From assembly GCA_029264635.1 (NCBI GenBank), contig JARIAA010000260.1, forward strand, positions 1 to 41,120: a DNA stretch of 41,120 nucleotides, written 5' to 3'. The translations under genes and the position numbers were made by a program. Source of the DNA: Psychrobacter sp. Lineage in GTDB: Bacteria > Pseudomonadota > Gammaproteobacteria > Pseudomonadales > Moraxellaceae. Shown here piece after piece: positions 18,819-27,567 of the stretch. The notes beneath the pieces were generated by a model. It did no database searches. It worked only from the letters and a program-made list of their open reading frames with translations, and had not been told where the DNA came from. Numbering within the stretch: the stretch's first letter is position 1; every line of letters starts with the position of its first letter.

Positions 18819-20591
18819 GTGCCTTTGAACCGTTCAAATAGCTCTTTACTCCCTAGGTTTTTATTAAATAACGATTTTGCTAACCCTCATTTAGATAAGG
18901 GTCGTTTAGATGAGCGTTATTTAGATGACCAGGTTGCTAAATCTGGCACTCGATTATGGAGTTCAAATCGCTTGTATCAACGCCTAGTATGCCAAAGCGC
19001 TGGTCTATTTATGTTACTGGCTTTTATGGGGCATCAAAGCGATGCTGCGCCCTCCAGCTTGCTACCCTCTAGTATAGAGTTCCCTACAATGCCATCGGCG
19101 CTCGTGACCAATCCAGTTTATGACTCACGGCAAGCTTCAGATGCTAAAGAGTTAGAGCTGCCAAATTTGGAGGGGCAAGGTTTAAGCTTTGCCGATCAAC
19201 ATCAAAATAAATTGATTGGTGAGTGGTCACTGCAAAACATCAATGGTCGTGTCAAGATGGAACATGATCCTTGGATTCAAGAGACGGTCAAAGAGATGAC
19301 GTGGCGACTTAATGCGCAAGCTCGGCAGCAAGCGCCATTAGCGTTAGTTATTATCGACAATCCTAATATTAATGCCTTTGCTGTACCAGGCGGCGTCATT
19401 GGCATCAATACAGGTACTATACTGGCCGCAAAAAGTATGGATGAGCTGGCAAGCGTCGTCGCTCATGAGGTTGCTCATATCAGCCAGCGCCATTATGAAA
19501 GTGGTGCAGATGAAAAGCGCAAAGCGTTACTCATGCAGGTAGGCGGCGTACTAGCTGCTATCGCGGCTTCAGCAGCGGATGGGGGCGGTGATGCAGCAGC
19601 AGCAGTGATGATGGGCAGTCAGACGGCTGCTATGAATAGTAGTATGGCATTTAGCCGCAATAACGAGCGCGATGCGGATCGGGTCGGTATGCAAATTATG
19701 ACTCAAGCTGGCTACGATCCAAGGGCCATGCCCAGATTCTTTGCAACGATGAATCAAAAAAGCCAGCTCAATCAAGTTGCTAATAGTTTTTTGCCAAGCT
19801 TTGTACGCTCGCATCCTCTTAGTAATGAGCGCTTGAGCGAATCGCAAAGCCGTGCCCAGCGCTATCAGCCCTTATCACTTAAACAGCAGCAGCGTCATCA
19901 AGCTTTGTTTGATCTGCTCTATTGGCGGGTACAAAATGCGGGTAAGCATGTATCAGAAACTGCATTAAAGAGCGCGGCTAAAAATAGCGTCGGTGCCAAA
20001 CTGGCCTTGATGCAGTGGTATGCAGAGCAGCAGCGTTTCAATGAGGCGAGTGATATGATGGCGCAGATGACTGCACTGCCAGCTAGCGAGCAACAGGCGC
20101 TCGAGCCGCTCTTGTCGATTACGCATAGCCAAGTTTTAAGTGAGCAAAACAAATGGTCGCAAGCAGCAGAGGTGCTTGCACGTCAGCAGCGCATCTATCC
20201 TGAACGCCGCGATTTGCGTATATATTTAGCAGAAGCACTAACCAATAGTAATGAGCCAACGCAAGCCCAAGCGCTCTTAAAACCACTCACCCAGCAACAA
20301 CCAAGCGATCGTTATGCGTGGCAAAGCCTGCAATTGGCTAATGAAAAAATGGCCAAGAGCGCCCCCTCACCGCAGCTTGCTAGTATCGCTACGATTAACG
20401 CGCTGCGTTATCGCAGTCATGATCAGCTGTGGAACGGACGTTATGAGTCCTCACTGACGTCACTTATGCAGGCCAAACAGTTGACTGAACAACTACAAGC
20501 TCGTGCTCAAAATGGCAGTACCCGTCCACTGCTAGCAAGTATTGAGCAGGAAATCAAAAACGTAAAAACCGCCAAAGACTATAAGCCTTAG
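18819..20591 (+). CDS. M48 metalloprotease with TPR-like C-terminus (BepA/YfgC-like)
   Basis: INAFAVPGG, HEVAH (HExxH), FSR.NE.DADR.G and SHP. Start codon uncertain. Confidence 0.88.
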   Translation: MPLNRSNSSLLPRFLLNNDFANPHLDKGRLDERYLDDQVAKSGTRLWSSNRLYQRLVCQSAGLFMLLAFMGHQSDAAPSSLLPSSIEFPTMPSALVTNPVYDSRQASDAKELELPNLEGQGLSFADQHQNKLIGEWSLQNINGRVKMEHDPWIQETVKEMTWRLNAQARQQAPLALVIIDNPNINAFAVPGGVIGINTGTILAAKSMDELASVVAHEVAHISQRHYESGADEKRKALLMQVGGVLAAIAASAADGGGDAAAAVMMGSQTAAMNSSMAFSRNNERDADRVGMQIMTQAGYDPRAMPRFFATMNQKSQLNQVANSFLPSFVRSHPLSNERLSESQSRAQRYQPLSLKQQQRHQALFDLLYWRVQNAGKHVSETALKSAAKNSVGAKLALMQWYAEQQRFNEASDMMAQMTALPASEQQALEPLLSITHSQVLSEQNKWSQAAEVLARQQRIYPERRDLRIYLAEALTNSNEPTQAQALLKPLTQQQPSDRYAWQSLQLANEKMAKSAPSPQLASIATINALRYRSHDQLWNGRYESSLTSLMQAKQLTEQLQARAQNGSTRPLLASIEQEIKNVKTAKDYKP

Positions 20592-20699
20592 GCGGTTACT
20601 AAACAAAGATACTCAGTCGTTATATCATACAACACCTATCAATTTGATCTGGCAAAATTTATAGCCATAAATTCATAGGTACAAATTTGACTTAGAACA

Positions 20700-21149
20700 T
20701 TACCCTTGTAACGCGTCTTTTACAAGCTTTGAGATCAGTGCAGGATCAGCGCGGCCAGCTGTTTTACTTTTTAGCACACCCATCACGCTACCCATATCGC
20801 GCATGGAAGTTGCGCCCTGTGCCGCAATTTCTGCATTGACTAAGGCTGCAATTTCGGCGTCGTCCATCTGTTTGGGCATAAACTCGTTGATAATATCAAT
20901 CTCAAACTGCTCTTTGGTTGCTAGGTCATCACGGTTATTTTCGGTAAAAATAGCAAGTGATTCTTGACGCTGTTTCAACTGTTTTTGTAGCACCTCTAAA
21001 ACACCTGCATCATCAAGCTCAGTCTGACGATCAATCTCGATTTGTTGAATAACGGCTTGTACGTTACGTAAAACCTTGACGCGCTCGATTTCTCGGGCTT
21101 TCATCGAGGTCTTGATATTGTCCGACAACGTCTGTTTAAGTTGGCTCAC
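20700..21149 (-). CDS. GatB/YqeY domain protein
   Basis: MKAR, KQRQES...F....R.DL, MRDMGSVM and GRAD. Follows rpsU. GTG start with GGGAG RBS. Confidence 0.93.
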   Translation of the reverse strand: MSQLKQTLSDNIKTSMKAREIERVKVLRNVQAVIQQIEIDRQTELDDAGVLEVLQKQLKQRQESLAIFTENNRDDLATKEQFEIDIINEFMPKQMDDAEIAALVNAEIAAQGATSMRDMGSVMGVLKSKTAGRADPALISKLVKDALQG

Positions 21150-21214
21150 GATGGTTATTCTCCCTTATAAAGTTAAAACGTATGCTAAAAAGCTTGTGCC
21201 AAAAAGTGTAACAT

Positions 21215-21252
21215 AAAAAACGCCACTGATATCAAGTGATAGCAGTGGCGTT
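21215..21252 (-). terminator. Intrinsic terminator/attenuator between rpsU and yqeY
   Basis: AAAAAACGCCACTGATATCA-AG-TGATAGCAGTGGCGTT. Confidence 0.8.
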
Positions 21253-21302
21253 ACTATAAAACTGGTCGCAGTCTAATTATGTCATTAGATAGCAAATAGT
21301 AA

Positions 21303-21518
21303 TTAGTACATACGCGTTGTACGAATAGTTTCGCGTTGTAGTTTTTTCTTGTAACGCTTAACAGCAGCGGCTTTTTTGCGCTTACGCTCTTGCGTTGGTT
21401 TTTCATAAAATTCGCGCTTACGTACGTCTGATAAAACGCCAGCTTTTTCACAAGCACGTTTAAAACGACGGATAGCGATGTCAACTGGTTCGTTTTCTTT
21501 AACCTTAACTGCAGGCAT
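21303..21518 (-). CDS. rpsU: 30S ribosomal protein S21
   Basis: [11 protein letters not shown]...[34 protein letters not shown]. Confidence 0.98.
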   Translation of the reverse strand: MPAVKVKENEPVDIAIRRFKRACEKAGVLSDVRKREFYEKPTQERKRKKAAAVKRYKKKLQRETIRTTRMY

Positions 21519-21648
21519 GAAGACTCCTTATAAGGATGAGATATAAAGGCATTAGTTTGGCTGTGTATTAGTATTTAGCCGTAATATCTCAAGATTACAG
21601 GCATCAGCTCAAACTAGGATAATCTTGCGCTATAGCGCAAGGGCGATT

Positions 21649-21677
21649 ATTATACTAAAAAATGCCAAAAAAGTCAA
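21649..21677 (-). promoter_or_regulatory. Sigma-70 promoter of rpsU
   Basis: Minus strand TTGACT (21677-21672), 17-bp spacer, TATAAT (21654-21649). Confidence 0.85.
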
Positions 21678-21936
21678 TGCTTTTACTACATGTCACTACT
21701 ATGATTATTTGTCTGGCACAGCGCTATATAATACAGTGGAGATGCATTATTGGGCATATTTCTGGGTAGGATAAACTGGCCTGATGGTTCATTCAATACT
21801 CAATAAAACTATAAAAAACAAACGAACAAAAAACCCTTACTGTCTATAACGGTTTAGAGGGAGTTTATGCTATGATAATTTCCATATCGTAGCAGGCGTA
21901 TTAACCATTTATATGCATTTTATTAAGGATGTTGGA

Positions 21937-22341
21937 ATGAAGAAAACAGTATTAAACACAGCGCTAAGCACAGCATTTATCGTCGCTCTTGGTATTAGCG
22001 TTAGTGCGTGTAGTGGAGACAAAGAAAGCGAGTCACATGAAGTTTTGGCAGTCGATCGAGTAGATGATGCCGCCAAGCTTGCGCGTGAAAATGCGCCTGA
22101 AGCTGAAGATATGAATTTTCCAGAAACGGCTCCGATGCCAGTTGCTGATGCTGCAACAGACGGTACTGCGACGGATGGTACCGCGACGGATGGTACGGTA
22201 ACAGATGCTACAGCTACTGAAGATGGCGCGACTGCTCCTGAGGCATCATATGCTACTTCTACTGAAAGCGCCACTACAGAGACCGCGGTAGCTGGTGCTG
22301 CTAGCACTGAAGCATCTGAGACTGAACCTGCTACAAATTAA
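21937..22341 (+). CDS. Acidic low-complexity lipoprotein of unknown function
   Basis: MKK signal peptide, lipobox VSAC and an Ala/Thr/Glu/Asp-rich tail. AAGGA RBS before ATG 21937. Confidence 0.8.
   Translation: MKKTVLNTALSTAFIVALGISVSACSGDKESESHEVLAVDRVDDAAKLARENAPEAEDMNFPETAPMPVADAATDGTATDGTATDGTVTDATATEDGATAPEASYATSTESATTETAVAGAASTEASETEPATN
22153..22212 (+). repeat. 15-bp tandem repeat x4 (ATDGT ATDGT ATDGT VTDAT)
   Basis: GCAACAGACGGTACT GCGACGGATGGTACC GCGACGGATGGTACG GTAACAGATGCTACA. Confidence 0.85.
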
Positions 22342-22425
22342 TAATGCTTATGATTTTTGGTAGTGATGGATTTATGCGCTGTCATCAACAGCCGCTAACG
22401 TAAATGACTAAATAAAGAGGGGCTT

Positions 22426-22950
22426 ATGATAAATAAAAACCAGCGTATGAATGAAAAACCATTTGGTAAACTTGCATTCTATGCATTGGGTCTAAGTACG
22501 TTGCTCGCACTGAGTGCCTGTAGTGGAGACAACACGGTTGAAGAGCCTGCTGTCAATGAACCTGCTGAGGTGGAAGTCGTAGAGGAAGCGCCTGTAGCAG
22601 ATGAGGTTGTGACCCCTGAACCTGTTGAAGCAGAGCCCTTAGACACACCAGTAGTTAAGACAGAAGTCACTGAGGCTGAAGGCGTCGCTGTTGAACCTGA
22701 GGTATTAGCTGTTGATGCAGGTGCTAAATTGTATGAGACAAATTGTAAGATTTGTCATGCAAGCGGTCTGCTTGAAGCACCAAAATATGGTGACAAGGCT
22801 GCTTGGGCGCCGCGACTTACTAAGGGTATAGAGACATTACACCTGCACTCTGCCAAAGGTTTTAATAAAATGCCCGCACAGGCAGTTAATGGCGTTACTG
22901 AAGCCCAAGTACATGCTGCTGTTGACTATATGCTGGAATCTGTCAGCTGA
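22426..22950 (+). CDS. Lipoprotein-anchored cytochrome c5
   Basis: Lipobox LSAC, Glu/Pro/Val-rich linker, CKICH, APKYGDKAAWAPR, GFNKMPA (axial Met) and AAVDYM. Confidence 0.92.
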   Translation: MINKNQRMNEKPFGKLAFYALGLSTLLALSACSGDNTVEEPAVNEPAEVEVVEEAPVADEVVTPEPVEAEPLDTPVVKTEVTEAEGVAVEPEVLAVDAGAKLYETNCKICHASGLLEAPKYGDKAAWAPRLTKGIETLHLHSAKGFNKMPAQAVNGVTEAQVHAAVDYMLESVS

Positions 22951-22976
22951 TGCTAGTCATTGAAATTTGTCTAACG

Positions 22977-23010
22977 AACCGCCATTGTGAGTAGCAATGG
23001 CGGTTTTTTT
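22977..23010 (+). terminator. Intrinsic terminator after cytochrome c5
   Basis: AACCGCCATTG-TGAGTAG-CAATGGCGGTT followed by a T run. Confidence 0.9.
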
Positions 23011-23195
23011 GTAAGTGGCTTTATCAACCATATAGTGGGTTCACTTTAAAACTGAGTCAGTGTGACGGGGATAAATGTTTCGCAGCTTCTGTCAGCAGCA
23101 AGCAGGGAAGATTTATAGCAGTTGCAAATGGCTATCAGGGTATTAACCTTATTTCGAGCTGACTACAGTAGGAATAATAACATAAAGGCAATAAC

Positions 23196-24257
23196 ATGAA
23201 AGTATTGGGATTGGAGACGTCTTGTGACGAGACGGGTCTAGCAATTTTTGATAGTGAGCAGATGGACAGTGACAATCAAGGCTTAGTTGGACAAGTGTTA
23301 TATTCGCAAATAGAGCTACACGCGCTCTATGGCGGCGTCGTACCTGAGCTTGCTAGCCGCGATCATATTCGTAAGCTGGTGCCCTTGCTTCATGAGCTTT
23401 TAGAGCAGTGTGATGTTGAGAAAAGTGAGATTGATGCAATTGCTTATACCAAAGGTCCCGGGCTTATAGGCGCTTTGATGACGGGCGCTTTGTTTGGCCG
23501 TAGTCTGGCTTATGGTTTGGATATTCCAGCGATTGGTATCCACCATATGGAAGGGCATTTATTAGCCCCATTAATGGGGGCGAATCCGCCAGCATTTCCG
23601 TTTGTGTCACTACTGGTCTCTGGTGGTCATACCTTGCTCATTGCCGCACGTGGCGTCGGGCAATATGAGATATTAGGCGAGTCCATCGATGATGCGGCAG
23701 GAGAGTGCTTTGATAAAGCCGCCAAAATGCTAGGCTTGCCTTATCCTGGTGGCCCTAATATTGCTAAATTGGCGGAAACTGGTCATCAAAATGCTTACAG
23801 CCCACCAAGACCGATGTTACATCGCGGTTTAGATTTTTCTTTTAGCGGTATGAAAACTGCTGTGCATAACCTTATCAAAGACACTGCTGGTTCAGGCTAT
23901 GGGTCAGAAAATGGTTCTGATAGCGACCCACAAGTACGCGCCGATATTGCCGCAAGTTTTCAGCATGCGATGGTTGATACGCTAGTAAAAAAATGCGTTA
24001 AAGCGCTTAAACAGGTGGATATGAAGCGATTGGTCATTGCAGGCGGGGTCAGCGCCAATACCCATTTGCGCGAAACCTTAGAAGCTGAGTTGGCTAAGAT
24101 AAATGCGACCGTCCATTATGCGCCGCCTGCTTTATGTACTGATAATGGGGCAATGATTGCTTATGCAGGTTTTGAGCGTCTACAAGCTGGGCAGTCTGAT
24201 GACTTGGCGGTCAGTTGTGTGCCACGTTGGCCGATGACTGAGCTGCCTGCAGTGTAA
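23196..24257 (+). CDS. tsaD: tRNA N6-threonylcarbamoyltransferase TsaD
   Basis: [42 protein letters not shown] and CTDNGAMIA. Confidence 0.97.
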   Translation: MKVLGLETSCDETGLAIFDSEQMDSDNQGLVGQVLYSQIELHALYGGVVPELASRDHIRKLVPLLHELLEQCDVEKSEIDAIAYTKGPGLIGALMTGALFGRSLAYGLDIPAIGIHHMEGHLLAPLMGANPPAFPFVSLLVSGGHTLLIAARGVGQYEILGESIDDAAGECFDKAAKMLGLPYPGGPNIAKLAETGHQNAYSPPRPMLHRGLDFSFSGMKTAVHNLIKDTAGSGYGSENGSDSDPQVRADIAASFQHAMVDTLVKKCVKALKQVDMKRLVIAGGVSANTHLRETLEAELAKINATVHYAPPALCTDNGAMIAYAGFERLQAGQSDDLAVSCVPRWPMTELPAV

Positions 24258-24314
24258 TGGCTATTTGTACTGGAAGTATTGCGTACCAAAACCCATACGA
24301 ATGAAGGATAATCT

Positions 24315-24686
24315 ATGCAGTGGCTCGCTATTGGTTTAGGAGCAGGACTCGGTGCGTGCTTGCGTGCATGGCTAACGCGCTTTAATCCGCTGCACAGCTG
24401 GATACCGCTTGGGACGCTTGGCGCGAATATTTTGGGCGGGCTATTAATAGGCTTGGCATTGGTGTGGTTTGAACGTACGGGTAGCGGATTATCCGATAAT
24501 GTCCGTGTGTTTGTGATTACTGGGTTTTGCGGCGGGCTGACGACCTTTAGTACGTTTAGCGCTGAGGTATTTAGCTTCATTCATGATGGTCGCGTGCTGG
24601 CGGGTCTGAGCCTTGTGGGTTTGCATGTGGGGCTTACGTTGCTGGCAACTGCATTGGGATTTTACTTTTTTAAGCTGGTGCTTTGA
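24315..24686 (+). CDS. crcB: Fluoride efflux channel Fluc/CrcB
   Basis: [17 protein letters not shown] and [13 protein letters not shown] signature. Confidence 0.95.
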   Translation: MQWLAIGLGAGLGACLRAWLTRFNPLHSWIPLGTLGANILGGLLIGLALVWFERTGSGLSDNVRVFVITGFCGGLTTFSTFSAEVFSFIHDGRVLAGLSLVGLHVGLTLLATALGFYFFKLVL

Positions 24687-24840
24687 GCTTTAATAAATAT
24701 CACTTAATTAACAGTCTAATTTAATTGGTTTTATTATAGCGGTCTATTTTGAATAAGCTATTTATTGATTATCAGATCGGTTTTGGCGGTTCCAGTGAGA
24801 TACCCTTAAAGCTTCGAGTTCTCACTAGAGAACCGCTCAC

Positions 24841-24869
24841 TGTTCGCACAACAGCACGTCATGTTAAGT
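24841..24869 (+). other. Degenerate XerC/XerD dif-like site
   Basis: TGTTCGCACAA-CAGCACG-TCATGTTAAGT versus E. coli dif GGTGCGCATAA-TGTATA-TTATGTTAAAT. Arms match 8/11 and 9/11, and the centre is 7 bp rather than 6. Confidence 0.4.
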
Positions 24870-25373
24870 CAATATTGGATTAAAAATAAAAATTAATTGA
24901 TGATTAAAAATGTGTTTTTGAAAAGTAAAAATTCAGTATTACTGGTTACTAACGTACAAAAAGGCTCTAAATCGGTATAACTTTCCTTCAATGGTCAGTT
25001 TTAAATTGAGCTTGTCATAGATGTTAATTTTACGCAATATAGTATGTAGCTTGTGCCTTTGGTTATCTTTGAGCATAGGGGTCAGCACAAAAGATGGAGA
25101 AAATAGTACGTCAAGGAATATTTGTTGCCTGCTAAGACAAAAGGTATCTACTATCGTTCTTTAAATTGGTCGAACTATACGGTCTGACTTAAGACAATGT
25201 ATCTTCGATGAACCAAGAGTAGTTTATACCTCAGTTCAGATAAAAGAATTTATAATATTAAACACACATGAAAAGTACATAACACTGTTCAAATTATCAT
25301 AGCTACAACACAATATTTTTTTATTTATTCTTATACTAACAGTACCTAAACATAATTTGGCTGGAGAAGTTGT

Positions 25374-25595
25374 ATGAGACTTAATACGATCGACTGGATT
25401 GCCTATGTATTAACTATTATCGGTGGCTTAAACTGGGGCTTAGTAGGGGCATTTGATTTTAATTTGGTTGCAGCTATTTTTGGTGAACAAACTATTTTAT
25501 CACGTATTATTTATATTTTAGTTGGTTTGTCAGCAGTCTATCTAATTTATACAGCTACCAAATTACGTGTAAACCACACCAATGTTAGACATTAA
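25374..25595 (+). CDS. DUF378 small membrane protein
   Basis: LTIIGGLNWGLVG.F.FNLVAAIFG...SRIIYILVGLSAVY signature. GGAG RBS. Confidence 0.9.
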   Translation: MRLNTIDWIAYVLTIIGGLNWGLVGAFDFNLVAAIFGEQTILSRIIYILVGLSAVYLIYTATKLRVNHTNVRH

Positions 25596-25686
25596 CACTA
25601 TAAAGTTTTTAAATGCTTGGACTGTGTCCTAAAAAATTTGGTGATCAAACTGTAGCCCTCGTAAGCAGCCATCAAAAATTTAGTGC

Positions 25687-25713
25687 GTAGGCTGGGTCAA
25701 AAACCTAGCCTAC
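25687..25713. repeat. GTAG-terminated hairpin (REP-like or terminator) between convergent DUF378 and metR
   Basis: GTAGGCTGGGT-CAAAA-ACCTAGCCTAC, an 11-bp stem with one G-T pair and no U tract. Confidence 0.5.
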
Positions 25714-25734
25714 ATCAGCCTAAGACATGTAGAT

Positions 25735-26625
25735 CTACAACGGCTTCACTATCACTTCTAACAAACTCGCAAATCCCTGCATATAAGCCATCTCTTTACT
25801 AGAAGTACGCGTCGCTGCATATAGCTGACAATGTACGCCTTTGCCTAAGGGGCGCGATACTACCCAGCCTTTTTTCTCATATTCAGCCACGACCCAATCA
25901 GGCAGAGCTGCCACACCGCGCTCGCTCGCTACGAGTTGAATGAGCATTGCGGTCAGCTCAGTGGTACGAATACTCTCAAAGCTGACCTCTGCTGGCGTCA
26001 TAAAGTTGGCAATAATATCCAAACGTTTGGCCTCTACTGGATAAGCGATTAAAGTCTCATCCGTTAAGTCGTTCGGTTCAATAAAATCTTGTGCGTCCAG
26101 ATTATGCGTGGGCGATAGTACCAAGCGACTTTCATACTCAAATAAGGGCTGATAGCTAATACCGTCTAATGGCAAGTTGCTAGTGGTAATGAGTAGGTCA
26201 ATATCACCCTCTATCAATAAATGATGCGGCTCAGGCTCAAAGCCCGTCGCAAAATCGAGCTCCACATCTGACCACTCGCGGCGATACTGATTGAGTATCG
26301 GCATCAGCCAATCAAAGCAGCTATGACATTCAGATGCCAAACGCAATCTACCTGCTTGTCCATGCGCTAAGCGTTTAAGATTGGATTTAGTACGGGTGAC
26401 TTGCGGCATAATGCTGTCTGCGAGAGCTAATACTGTTTTACCCGCAGGCGTAAAAGTCAATGGACGGGTGCGCCGATTGACCAGACTAATATCGTAGTAA
26501 TTTTCCAGCTCCTTTAGCTGGTGTGAAACCGCAGACGCGGTGACGTGCAGCTCATCGGCCGCTGCTGCTAATGAGCCGTGCGCGCGCAATGCGGTCAACG
26601 TATTGAGATGACGGAGCTCTAACAT
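25735..26625 (-). CDS. metR: LysR-type regulator MetR
   Basis: LysR HTH plus MetR-typical GRLRLASECHSCFDWLMP, YPV...RLD and LVASERGVAALPDW. Confidence 0.9.
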   Translation of the reverse strand: MLELRHLNTLTALRAHGSLAAAADELHVTASAVSHQLKELENYYDISLVNRRTRPLTFTPAGKTVLALADSIMPQVTRTKSNLKRLAHGQAGRLRLASECHSCFDWLMPILNQYRREWSDVELDFATGFEPEPHHLLIEGDIDLLITTSNLPLDGISYQPLFEYESRLVLSPTHNLDAQDFIEPNDLTDETLIAYPVEAKRLDIIANFMTPAEVSFESIRTTELTAMLIQLVASERGVAALPDWVVAEYEKKGWVVSRPLGKGVHCQLYAATRTSSKEMAYMQGFASLLEVIVKPL

Positions 26626-26645
26626 AAGATAATCGGATTAATAAA

Positions 26646-26691
26646 ATGAGTAAAATTCATTATACTCAATACAGCAATGAATTTCACTCAT
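26646..26691. promoter_or_regulatory. Pair of MetR-box-like sites upstream of metR
   Basis: ATGAGTAAAATTCAT (26646-26660) and ATGAATTTCACTCAT (26677-26691), each one mismatch from TGAA-N5-TTCA. Confidence 0.7.
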
Positions 26692-26715
26692 AATTTATTG
26701 TCACTATTTTATTAT

Positions 26716-27567
26716 TTAACGCCGACGTAATAAAAGCTGCGAGATAATAACCAAGATAAGCGAGGCGGCTAATAGGAGTGTACCAATGGCGTTGACTTCT
26801 GGTTTGAGTCCCACCCGCACCATTGAATAAATTCGCAGCGGTAAAATCTCATAGCTTGGGCCTGTGACAAAGGTTGAAACCACGACATCATCTAGCGACA
26901 GGGTAAAGGCGAGCAGCCAGCCTGCCATTACTGCTGGTAGAATCACGGGAATCAATACCGTACGTACCATTGTCGATTCGCTCGCGCCCAAATCGCGCGC
27001 GGCTTCCATCAGACGCTCATCTAAGCTACTTAAGCGTGCAAAAACAGTAATGACCACGAACGGCAAACAGAAAGTAATGTGCGCCAAAAGCAGCGAAACA
27101 AAACCCAGCTGTAAACCGATTAATAAAAATAGCGCCAGTAATGAGATAGCAAGTACAATCTCAGGCGACATCATCAATACAAACAGTAGGCCATTTAATA
27201 AGCCTTTCCCGCGAAATCGGTAGCGATGTAGGGCAAGGGCTGTGAGCGTACCGATCAAGGTTGAGACAGTCGCGGCGACCAGACCCAACACAATAGAATG
27301 CCAAAAAGCATCCAGCATGGCTTGGTTATTGAATAACGACTCATACCACTTTAAGCTAAAACCGCCCCAGTTGTAGCCAATTTTTGACTTATTAAATGAC
27401 ATGACTACTAAGACAATGATGGGCAGATATAGCATGGCATAGATCAGGGCAAGATAACCTTTGGCAGCGATACTGCCAATGCTAGGAGTCTTGATAGACC
27501 GTTTGTTTTTAGTTGACCTATGGTTAGACAAGCGAGTCGGTGAGGTGTTTAATGAGTTATCAGACAT
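26716..27567 (-). CDS. potC: Spermidine/putrescine ABC permease PotC
   Basis: LYLPI..LV..SFN, MMSPEIV, EAARDLGAS and FTLSLDDVVVS. TGATG overlap with potB. Confidence 0.92.
   Translation of the reverse strand: MSDNSLNTSPTRLSNHRSTKNKRSIKTPSIGSIAAKGYLALIYAMLYLPIIVLVVMSFNKSKIGYNWGGFSLKWYESLFNNQAMLDAFWHSIVLGLVAATVSTLIGTLTALALHRYRFRGKGLLNGLLFVLMMSPEIVLAISLLALFLLIGLQLGFVSLLLAHITFCLPFVVITVFARLSSLDERLMEAARDLGASESTMVRTVLIPVILPAVMAGWLLAFTLSLDDVVVSTFVTGPSYEILPLRIYSMVRVGLKPEVNAIGTLLLAASLILVIISQLLLRRR

Noticed and set aside
21909-22307. 132-aa antisense ORF and other shadow ORFs in the track (e.g. 15054-15422, 21254-21484, 24161-24580, 26864-27223)
   Set aside because: They overlap well-supported genes, carry no motifs, and are explained by the codon bias of the real gene.
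24258-24314. Fluoride riboswitch before crcB
   Set aside because: The 57-bp gap lacks the GGCGATGGNGTTCGCC-type consensus, so crcB is probably co-transcribed with tsaD.
25021-25164. 47-aa ORF MLILRNIVCSLCLWLSLSIGV...
   Set aside because: No RBS and no recognisable family. Likely a chance ORF.
25156-25166. boxA-like GTTCTTTAAAT
   Set aside because: An imperfect short match in AT-rich DNA with no rRNA or CRISPR context.
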